Positions 1 to 11,650 of a stretch of DNA of 64,000 bases are shown piece after piece. The translations under genes and the position numbers were made by a program. The stretch is from the human T2T-CHM13v2.0 reference genome, Homo sapiens: NCBI RefSeq assembly GCF_009914755.1, contig NC_060932.1; one strand, given 5' to 3'. The stretch's first letter is position 1. Each line of letters starts with the position of its first letter. The notes beneath the pieces were generated by a model. It saw only the letters and a list, made by a program, of their open reading frames with translations. It was not told the origin of the DNA and made no database searches.

Positions 1-2322
1 CAGAATTCCTTTTGCCTTATGTTTTCCATTAGGAGCAGTTGGCAGGCAGAAAGGAAGTGGCAGCCATCTTTGCAGCTCTCCCATGCTGTCACGTATCTCG
101 TTGGCCTTAAGATAGTGGCTAAGCCTCCAGCTGTTTCACTTCCCTTTGGATATAATTTGGAGCCTCGTTTAGCACATTACAAATGGGTCTGGCTTCTGTA
201 GGACACCCACATCAACCAAGGTCAGAGGCAACAAGAACTGACACAGGTTTCAGTCCGTCCTCATAGATTCCAGCTCCTGCTTCTATTACGCTCATCTACT
301 CTCTCGCTTAACTGCAGTTCGTACTTCAAGCTCCAACATCATCCCTGGAGACAGCTGCCTTTCAAAGAGTACTTAACCAGCTCCCACAGTTGCATTAAGT
401 CAAATCCCTTATATATCCTAGAAGCTCTGCTTCTATGATTGAACTCTGCCTGTAACTCTGAGGCTCCTGGACAGGAAAGTCGAATGCCTCAGAAGGAATT
501 TTGTCACTGCACCATTATTTCTTCCTCCCAGAGCTCTCTGTTCTTTTGCTCACATCTGGATTGCTCTCCCTCTAGGCCTGCTACATGAGGCATGTAAAAA
601 GTAATACTGATAGACATTTGGCAGATACTCCCAAATGTGTAGCTTCAGGTTCCACACAACCTATGTCCTCCCCTGCATACTAGTTAAGATAAAATGAAAC
701 GCTTATTCACTACTCATCTTTTCAGAGCTTTCTCACCTATGTGTTTGGATTTTTTTCCCCTCTGATTCTCAAACTAATTTTAGATTGGTTCCCTAGCAGG
801 AAGAGTACAAAGATGTTTTCTTTTTTTTTTTCTGCCACAAAAAATAAAAAGTGTTCTTGCTGAGGAATATGTTTGTTTTTCTTTCTGTGTGTTTGCAAGG
901 ACTGTGGACTGGCATTTATTTTATGCTTCTGAATAATAACATCTTTCTTATTAAAGAAGAATCTCCCCAGAAGGTCACATGTCATTAAAAAAACAATTTT
1001 AACCAAATACACGTAAATTCTAATAGAAAACAGATTTTTTACCCGTAACACATGAAGAAGAAATTTAGCTATATTGTATAAAAATATGTAGGGAAAAAAG
1101 AACACAAGAGCTCGTGTTAAGTAAAACCACATTTTAAAATACGCCTTTAGGAACACGGAAGATGGAAGGTATCAGAAGATACTTGCTTTCATTCTACTCC
1201 TCGGTGATGATGTATCTGCTTTTTTTTTTTTTTTTTTGGATGAATTTGCAGTGTATCTTTTCATCCTGATGCCTAAATCCAGTCTCTATATGTACCTCTT
1301 TTCTCCAGTTTTTAGACTTTTAAAATATTATCTTTTCATGAAGAATTCAACTAATTGGAAAATGCGTGATTCCTACCACTATGACAATATCTGAAAGTAG
1401 AATCCTCAGGGTTGCAAGCTATTCTGACAAAATTTCTGAACTCTAGCAGAAAATGTAAAAATATACATTTGACAAAAATATATTTGCCCATTTGAATTTA
1501 AATTTTGTCTTTTTTTTACTCAGTTTTTATTTCTTAGAAAAAGGAAGACAATCTAAATATAATTCCCTGAGATATAGTTTCCTTTCACTTCAAAATAACT
1601 GTACATTAGGTTGAGAGACAAAAAAATTCATTGTCTACAATTACACATACTTTCTGATTAATCTGTTGGTTAGCCCACATTTAGTTCATCAGGCACAACT
1701 TATTTTTCTGCATGTGCATTTGGGACAATAACCGGGCATATGAAACCTTTAAAATTTACATTTAAAAATTTATATTTGCACTTGGATAACTTTGCCAATA
1801 ACTAGAACTCCCTCAAAAACAAAGGCTAGGTCCCTGACTCCTATAGGCATGACCAAGAGTATACTACAAAATGATTCCTCTGAGACTGAAATGTTTTTTT
1901 CCTGCTTCCCCCTCAGAGACACATTGTGGAAAAATTCTAGAACTTTTAGAATAGACATTGTGTGCTTGACTCCAGCGATCAAAGATTCTGAAATATTGAG
2001 GCCCTATTTGAGAGTCATACACTTATACTAGTTTTATTTGTTGTTGTTGTTTATAATCTGAAGAAATGAACTTCAGCCATCTAGAACAAAAATAATTGGA
2101 TTTGTTGGAGGGTTACGGACTGAGGTAAGTAGTACAATCAGTGACAGACTGATACAAGCCAAGGGAAGGCAGAATAAGGAAAGCTCCAAAAATCTCTCAA
2201 AGATGTGTTCTTGGATTTATTCTGTAGTATGCAGCCCTTAAAATGTTTTAATTTCAGTGGAATTCTGGCCTCTGTGTCTGTCCATACAAATCTCACATCC
2301 CTAAGAGGGAGAATCCAATTAG

Positions 2323-2733
<411 letters not shown>

Positions 2734-3524
2734 CATCTGTGTATTTCAGTGTACACCTAGATATATGGCACCCACACACTGAGGCCACACCTTTACTCCC
2801 TGGCCCCAAAATTTTTGTCAAATGTGGCTGCTGGGTGATCTGTTGTGAGCAAGAAAAGCTCCATAGTATGTGCCATTCTCCTACTACAAAATTAGGAAAT
2901 TTCAAGAGAAATGAAAGGTGGGGATCTGTCCAGTTTAATGGAAGATTGCCTGGCTCAATAAAGATGCTCGGCAAGCCTAAGACTGCATCTCCAATGACTC
3001 TTTCACCAATGAATTAACCATAATACATGTACCCTTTTCTATTGCTGTGATGTATATAGTTGTTACCTTTTTATTTGCCTATTCTAATTTCTATGTACCC
3101 TCTCTGAATGAAATAAGTCTTAATTAGCCACCAGCCCTTCTCCTAGCCCATCCACCAAGGCTAGATGTTCTCCTATGTATTTACTTCTCTTATATCACAC
3201 ATCACTATATTGTGTACTGGAGCTTCTCTTTTCATTCCAGGGAGATCAGGGGCTTGTTTTTTCTTATTTCAATATCCACAGCACCCAGCATATGCACACC
3301 ACACAATAGAAGCTCAGAAATATTTATTATGCATGGAATAGTAATATCACCTATTTGTATTAGCATATAATGTAAATATTCAAAATTGGTAACGATTAAA
3401 CTTGATAACTTACATGAAGTGCTTATGACAATGCCTGATAGAAAATATGCGATAAATTTTCGTTTCCTTCTGTCTTGAAACAATGTCATGATTGTTTAAT
3501 TCGTTCTGTAAAGAAGGAGGCAGC

Positions 3525-3810
3525 AGGCTGGCTCCTGGGATTGGTGGCTTACACCTGTAATCCCAGCACTTTAGGAGGCCAAGACGTGTGGATCATCTGA
3601 GGTCAGGAGTTTGAGACCAGTCTGGCCAACATGGTGAAATCCCATCTCTACTAAAAATACAAAAACAGCCAGCTGTGGTGGCAGGTGCCTGTAATCCCAA
3701 CTACTAGGGAGGCTGAGGCAGGAGGATCACTTGAACCTGGGAGGTGGAGGCAAGATCACACCATTGCACTCCAGCCTGGGCAACAGAGTAAGACCCTGTC
3801 TCAAAAAAAA
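3525..3810 (+). mobile_element. AluS
   Basis: CCTGTAATCCCAGCACTTT...GTCTCAAAA. Confidence 0.9.
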
Positions 3811-4234
3811 GAGTGAGGCAGCAATGTACAACCAAAGATAATACATCATTTCATGAAGATAATTCCAATGTTAGATTAGGAAGCTACCATGTCCAGCCTG
3901 CTGCATCATTCTTTACAGAACGAATGAAAGAGTCATGATGTTATTCTTAATAATGTAGAACTATTTGTGAAATGTGGATGCAGTGAACGTTGATGCAGAC
4001 AATACAATGCCCCTAAACTCATTTTACTAAGATTCCCAAATTTACTCATGCTTTAGCACAAGAATTTTACATTTCAGTTAAGAAAGGTGAAAGAAACTTC
4101 TTTAATCTGTAATGGAAGACCTTGTAGCAGAACAAAATTGCTACCAAGAAAGTTGAAAAGTAGATATATATAAGAAAAATGTTTTTGTGACCTGGATTCA
4201 CAAAGTCTGGGATAATGTTCTTGCTCAACAACTA

Positions 4235-4540
4235 TTTAAATTGGGATTCCCTGAAAGCAGAGCCTGAGACAAAGATTTGGATACAAGTAGTTTATTTGGG
4301 AGGTGATTCCAGGGAGCATAAACAAGGGTGTGGTCAAATGAAATAGAACAGGGAGGAAAGCCAAAAAGTACCTAATGAGTGGGGGTACACTCATAGACAA
4401 CTGAGGCTCCAACCTACTGAAACCTCTGAGAGCCCCACATCAGAATTTTCCTCTCAGGTGGCAGGAGACCAAGAGTAGGTATATATCCACCAACCCCAGG
4501 TCCTTGTTGCTTGAGGGTTGCTTCTGTGGTATTGATTCCA
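4235..4540. mobile_element. Ancient ERVL-class solo LTR fragment (LTR16/33-like)
   Basis: GCAGAGCCTGAGACAAAGATTTGG...TTTATTTGGGAGGTGAT resembles ERVL LTR ends; family assigned from memory. Confidence 0.5.
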
Positions 4541-6267
4541 CCTGTTGTACTATGATCCTTCCACGTGTGCTTTAATCCCCAGCTCCTCATTTCTTCTCTA
4601 GAGCTAGGTTGATTACCTTCCTCTTTTTCACTATTGACTTCACCCTTTCCTTCCACAGTTGTTTCCCCTTTTTACTCTATGAACAAGCCCAAGTCTATTA
4701 AACCCTAGAAAATTAAAATCTCTCTTACTCCTGCCTCTAGTAACTTTCCTATTTTTCTCTCCATTTCAACTATGCTTATTTTTTAAGAAGACAGTCCACA
4801 CTCACTGATTCCACGGTCTCTCTTTCCATGAACTCCTCAATTAAAGCCAGTGACTTCTGACTCCTTTACTGCAATTGCGGCTGCTTACAAGATGCCACAA
4901 CACTCCTCATGGCAGTTTCTCGCTGAATTCTCAGGCTGCTCCTTCTTCCTCAAAAGTTCTTCTTCCACAGGCTTTTATAAAACCCATCCCTCTTAGTTCT
5001 CTGGGCATCCTCCAAGTTTTCCATCTTTCCTTTATGGAGTATTCTTTCCTTTTTGGTCCATTGAATGTTAGTGTTTAACAACTCCCAAATATTTCATTCC
5101 AGCTATTACTTCTCTCTGTAACTCCAGAAGTGTTTGTCCAGTAGCCTGTTAGCTCAGACTAAATTTATTATAGTCTCTTCTCTTCCTCTTCCCTCCCCTT
5201 GGGAAGAAAGGCTTGCCTTCGAAAGAAGATAGTGAGTTGGCAAAACCAGCATTTACTCACTTCATTTACCCACTTCAAAATCTTGGGATTATCAGAGAAC
5301 ATTCCTCCTCCTCATCCTGCATTTCCAGTTAGTCAATAAGTTCTGCTGATTCTACCTTCTAAATGGTAAATTCTCTCCATCAGCGCCATTGCTGCTGTCA
5401 CCTTAATTCATGTGTTCATCACCTTGGCATAATCTACTGGTATCTCTTAGTTGATCAATCTGCTCCCAGTTTCTTCCTCATGCAGACCATCTGCTACAGA
5501 GTATAAAACATTATCTTGATGCAAAAAAAGACCACATTACTTCTCTACTTAAAAAGGCTTAGAAGTTCTCCATCAAGTCAACAATCAACAAGCTAAAATC
5601 TGATTTCTTTTATGTGGTGATCTAGCTAGTCCCAGTGTCAGTATCCAGAAGCCGCTCAGGTGGTCCCAATGGCTAAAGCCATCATGAGCCAGCCAACCTG
5701 GCATGTGTGGGTGCTTTGAAATCAATGGTTAAAATCTGAGTGTGGGAATGGATCCTGAGACCTTGTAGCCCTAAGTCAGTATTGGCACAGAGCCTTCTCT
5801 GTAAACTTAAATTAAGTGTCAACATTTAGAAGTCACTTACTATGAGCCAGGTACTCTCTGAACACTTCCTATGTACTAATTCATGTAATCTCCAGAGTAG
5901 CCCTTTGAGATATGTATTATTATTTTTAATTCCCATTTTCCCAGTGAGGTGACTGAGACATAAAGAGAGCAAGCAACTTGCTTAACATCATATATGCCAC
6001 GATTTGACTTGAAGTAGACTGTTCTAGAAGCAGGGTCTTATCCATTTGCTATGGGCTTTGTTAGCTTTACACAGAGGCTGTGGGGTTCCCAGGCTTAGAA
6101 CATAATTCCAGCCTGTGCAGGGATCTAGATGAATCAGAGGTGAAGAGTGGAAGAAAGAAGCAGAGTGGAAGCCCAAGCCACTGATGGCAATCTGAACTTG
6201 GAGCGTAACATCACCAGGAGAATCTTTATCTCCACATCTTCCCAATCCTCTATAGTTCTGTCATCCA

Positions 6268-6317
6268 ACACACACACAGATACAGACATACACACGCACA
6301 CATAGACACACACACAA
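6268..6317. repeat. Imperfect (CA)n microsatellite
   Basis: CA-rich run. Confidence 0.85.
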
Positions 6318-7890
6318 TCCATGAGAAGCTTTCACCAGATCAGAAGTGGAATTATTGCTGCAGAAGGTAATGATGGATGGCCCCAGACCACATGAGAATG
6401 TTTTTAAAAATGACAAAATATTGGGAATATAACAAACAAGCAAAAAAATGGGACCCATCTAGAGAGCCACATGTGGTCTCTAATTCCTCCCTGCACTGTG
6501 GGTTTGGAATGAACACTGGCCCCTAAGAACCGAGTTAGCCATGCCCTGTTCTTCTCTTGAATATAATGGGAGGGGATGTCAGGGAAATGGAGATGTCTCT
6601 TCTCACAATATCTGCTAATCAGGATTGTTCAGGGCCTTGTGCAATTAATTTTAGCTTTCAAAAAAGAAATAATTTCTCAGAACTCCATGGTGAGGAAATA
6701 GGTCATACTCATTAGCATAGTCATAGAGGAAGAACAGTGTTTAATAATAGGCCTGGCTGAAATAGGCTAGCAGTGAAACTAGAAGGGCAAAATTATTCTG
6801 TTAATGAAGAATTAATGAAGATTTTCGAGTTTCCTTAGGTAACCCAAGAAGAAAGGTGTGAAAAAGGAAGGAGTGAATGAGATAAGAATGGGGAGGAGGA
6901 TGTGAGGAAGGAATACATCAAGATGCCAGGGAGCTGAGCAAGAGGCAGCCAGGGAGAAGTTCTGGGCTATGGCCAAGGATCTTTAAAGAGCAAGGATCTT
7001 TAAATAGTCAGTTTTAAGATGTTTGGTGCAGCCTAAATTCCTCTTCCTCTTCCCCTGCCTGAATCTTCCGTAAGAATCTACTACACAGAGATGCCTTGTA
7101 TCTGCAGCATTTTGAGAAGAGGGAAAGAGGCTGTTGCTTTGGGAATGATGCAGAGTGGAGAAAAAGAACAGCCAAAAGAGGCTAGACTTGAGAGAAATTA
7201 CAGTAATTCAGTAAAAGCAGGAAATAATAGAAAAACATTGACTCCAAAGATCCTGGAAGGTGCCAGCAAGTGAGGTTAGGTTTCCCACTGTAGATGTAAT
7301 GGAAACATGGTTTCCCCACCAACTTCGAGGCTTGAGAGCATTCAGGTAACTGATACTTGTTCTATGTTAGTAAAGCGGATATGTGTCTTTTGACAATTTA
7401 CATGTGAAATAACTGCAGCTGTTTTCTAATTGAATTTCAAGGCTCCATTCCATGGGCTCAGAGAAATCTGATTCTCTACTGCTTTCAGCATGATATCAGA
7501 CAATTTAGAGTTTCTCTCCAGTCTGGGGGTTGCATATGATTTCTGGGGTTTGGGGTGGTGTGAAGTTGGTATAATATCACTACAACTGTCTATTCTTGCT
7601 CTAGTCACTGGGACCTCAGCCTGAGGGACTACACAGATTGCTGCCGCAAATCCCCCCGCTTCCTTTTCAGCAATGCAAGGGAAAACATCACATTCTTTTG
7701 ATTTCCCACCAATTCATCCTCTTTCCACCCCGGCAAATTGTGGGAGTGGGAGCTTCTCTGATTTTAATCTTTTTTCATCTGTTGTTTCTAATATTGCTGG
7801 CTGTGACAATCCGCAGAGGAAATGCATGCCTACCTCTAGTCTGAATGGGGAAAAACAAAATCCAGTATATAAGAAAATATATGGTACAGT

Positions 7891-8208
<318 letters not shown>

Positions 8209-8389
8209 CTAATACCTACAAATATCATTCGGTTACATTGGCTTTATACCCTCTCTTTCTATTAGTTCAAAATAGTACTCATAAAATAACCATCCTGTAA
8301 AGTAATGAAACTGAATTTTCTTCCATTGCTAATTTCTCCTCTGACCTAACATTAATTATCTAAGAACTTAAGTGTTTAGTGCTCTACAT

Positions 8390-8700
8390 CAGAGGTCAAC
8401 AAACTATTGTATCGCCCACAGTCTAAACTCGACCCATGGTCCATTTTTATATATTTAAGTAGTTGAAAAAAATCACAAATAGATCGATATCCTGTGACCT
8501 GTGAAAATTATATGAAATCTAAATTTCAGTGTCTACAAATAAAGTTTTATTGGAATATAGGCATGCTCATTTGTTTATATACTGTCTGTAGCTGCTTTCA
8601 TTCTATAACCACAGAGTTGAGAAGTTGCAACAGAATGTATAGCATACAATGCTGAAAATATTTAATATCTGGTCTTTTACAGAAAAAGTTTGGTCAACCT
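8390..8700. mobile_element. MER58(B)-like hAT-Charlie DNA transposon, right terminus split by the provirus
   Basis: Starts CAGAGGTCAACAAACT; contains AAATAAAGTTTTATTGGAA and TTTACAGAAAAAGTTTG; terminus continues at 18120-18122; degenerate 8-bp TSD CTCTACAT/CTCTATAC. Confidence 0.75.
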
Positions 8701-9585
8701 TGTAGGGGAACCAGCCCGCTATACCACCCGCGGGTTCTCCCCTTCCCAGTGGAGACGAGGGAATGAGAAAAGAAATAAAGACAAACACACAAAGTTCAAG
8801 AGTTAACAAAAGTGGGTCCAGGGGTCCATCGCAATGTGGAAACTGCGACAGCCCTGAGCTCTGGATTCCACTGATATTTACTGAGTACAGTTCCTTTGAT
8901 CCTATAGGCTGAGGGTGGGCAGATGGTGGGGTGATCACAGGGTGACCATGGGGAGAGGTGGCAGAGGGGGTAGCATGCGTCATCAGCAAGTTAATATTAT
9001 TTACTGTTCCACTGTATAAGCTAATACTCTATGTTTAACTTACAGATAATCCTTAAAGTCCAACTAATTGGTTAACAGAACAGGACGTGAAAGCAGACAG
9101 CCCGTCAGACCACAGGCCTGTGCATCAAAGGAGCGGTCCACTCCAAGCACCATCAGCAGGGCAGCAGAGCTCTCTGCCTCTGGGAACGAGCGAGAGATAG
9201 AAGACTTTCCCCTTATCCTCAGAGGACTTCTCCTCTTTTACAAGCAACCTCCTGCTGTTCCCTTCTGGGGAATGGAGCAGGGGTCGCTTCCCTTCCCACA
9301 AGACCTTTGTTCAGGGACTCAAGTGGGAGGTTGAGCAATAAGCAAGCTTTCTTGCTTAGAGGCTCCGCACACTTCCTGTGGTTGTTTGTTCCACCCTGCA
9401 GTTAGGCAAGCAAGCTCACCGCCTGATTCTTATATTGTCGGACTAAGCAGAAGCTATTCTTATGATTCATGACTATATTAATAAAGCACTATTCTAAAGC
9501 ATATTTTGTTAATCCTTAAACAGGCACACCATAGGCCAGCCCTCAACCACCTCGGCCCACATCCAAGCCCCTGTTTTGACCCACA
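8701..9585 (-). repeat. 3' LTR (885 bp)
   Basis: Starts TGTGGG directly after the purine tract and ends CCCCTACA before the TSD; the poly(A) hexamer position reads AGTAAA (8877-8882, minus). Confidence 0.95.
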
Positions 9586-11650
9586 TTTCCCCCATTTTTT
9601 AAATTTAAAACAGCCATCTCAATCATAACTTGCTTGTGGTTTTGATTTTCTTTCAGGAGCTGCCTTCCGCATCTGCAGACTAAAAACAGACAACATAAGC
9701 AGACACAAATTAAAACAAAATTAGCAATGGCAGAGCTTCCCAGAGTTTTAATCCATTTGATAGAATTGAGCTCCGAGAGCCTATCTGCAGCTCCAGCAAG
9801 CATTTCTGCTCCAGGCAACAAATTTAAGTGAGCCTGCGATGCTGCAAAAATCTGTTCTTTTAATTTAGTTATATCCAGGGTTAGATTATCTTCTCTTCCT
9901 TGTAAGTGGCATCAGACCTTTTCCCACTGATGTTCAGTAACATTATAAGAATAAGGAGTAATACAAAAAGCAGATGTATTCCAATCACATTGCATTTGCA
10001 TACGATGCTCTAAATGCATAAAACGATCTCTTATCCAGGTGACTGTTTGCCTCAAATCATTAATTTGATTGGCCAACTTCTGATCAATTTTTGCCTGAGA
10101 ATTCCATAATCTGGTGGAATTTTTCTGCCAGGCATTAACATAATGAGCAGTTTGAATGGAAGAATGCAAGGCAACACCTGCCACAGCCGCGGTGGTGGTG
10201 ACAGCAATCAAGCCCATAATCACAGCAATTAAAGTAAAAATAAATCTTATTGTACGATTAAGAATCCCTTTTAAAACTCCAGTTATTACATGAATAGAGG
10301 GAAAAGTCTCCCAAGGCCTATTAAGAGTAACTGGAATCCAAACGCCCTCTCGTGCTCGGACCAGCAAAATGCTATTCCTCATATCAAAAGTAGAATGAAT
10401 ACAAGTAAACAGATGGCAATTGTCACAAGTAATGGTTTGAGAGTCAGGTAAAATGATAAGTTTTCCAACAACTAACATGTAAGGAGGTTTAACACAACTT
10501 TGAAGAGAAATAGACTGATTAGACTGAAGAAGCATGGTAAACAGTAGCTTATTACCTCTTGTTCCCCATGATGCTTCCCCTTTCCACACTCTCATTCCGG
10601 AGGTAGCCATAAGCAACTTCCACAATTCTGGATGTTCCAGACCCATGACTGGACTAATTATCTTTGGCCAGGGAGGAGCAGTACCTTTATCTTCCCATTT
10701 CAATGGATATAGTGATTCCAATCTTCTAACTAAAGTGGGGGGATTATTGGGACTTTCTCTATAATCTATCATGAAGGAATCCTCAGCGCACCCAGCATTT
10801 TGTCCAGTGCAATTTCTGGCAAAGGATCCTTTGGGGGCCCAATCTATAATTATTCCATAAGAATCCTTTTGCAAAACTACTGCACCATCTGCTACACAGT
10901 TGTCCCAAGCAAGAATCTCTAGTTTTTCTGACCATTTTGGATTTCTTTTAGGACAAGCCAGTCCTTGAGATTTGTAATTTTTTACTTTTAAATTTGACCG
11001 AAAATAACCATCCCCATAAGTTTTTACAGTCATGATAGGTTGGAAAGACATTCCACTCACTACGTGATAACTGGGTTGGGAACGATTATGAGGAGGTACA
11101 TAGATTATCCAACTATGTATTTGCAATGGTAAACATCAAGGAGCAATTCCTAAACAAATTGGAGGGTATTCATACCAGTTACATTCATCAACATACCCTC
11201 CTTCTCAGGCTGTGCAGGACAGCCATCATCAATCGGCCCAGGCATCCAAAATACTATCATTTGTATAAACTTCAATAGGGGAATCCATCCAAGTAACTGG
11301 CCTAATTAAAGGAGGAAATGGAACAGAAGCCAGTATGTAAAATTTTCTTCAGTCCAGACAGCAGGGAGACTTACCGCCGCGGTAATTACCATCAAGGCAG
11401 CCAAGATCATATTACCCGGGATAATTGCCAGTTGTTTCTCCTTTAGGCTGCCCTCTGCCATTTGAGTCAGCTTCTTTATCTGTTCTCATGTCGGTGGTGT
11501 AGCCTGGCGGGTCTTCTCCGTCTTCTGTTGTTTCTCTGAGACGCTCAGCTTCGTCATCTTTCTCAGCTCCCGAAAGGACAGGTCGGAGGGACCAGTCTTC
11601 TTCCTCTTTGGATTCTTCCCTTTCTTCTGTCCGGTCGGTGTAGGGTTCAT
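9543..11650 (-). pseudogene. env: env (signal peptide-SU-TM), disrupted
   Basis: ATG at 11650; long signal region ending LAALMVITAAVSLP; 404-aa open stretch 11126-9912 with RTIR/FIFTLIAVIMGLIAV, LANQINDLRQTV and CDWNTSAFC; membrane anchor [14 protein letters not shown] in the same frame after one stop. Confidence 0.95.
9586..9600 (-). other. Polypurine tract
   Basis: Minus strand AAAAAATGGGGGAAA directly abutting the TG of the 3' LTR. Confidence 0.9.

Noticed and set aside
737-1156. 139-aa hydrophobic ORF
   Set aside because: AT-rich low-complexity frame with a non-ATG start and no motif; not a recognisable FGL1 exon
7426-7870. Non-repetitive, exon-like stretch with short ORFs
   Set aside because: No convincing splice pair or protein homology visible; would need conservation data
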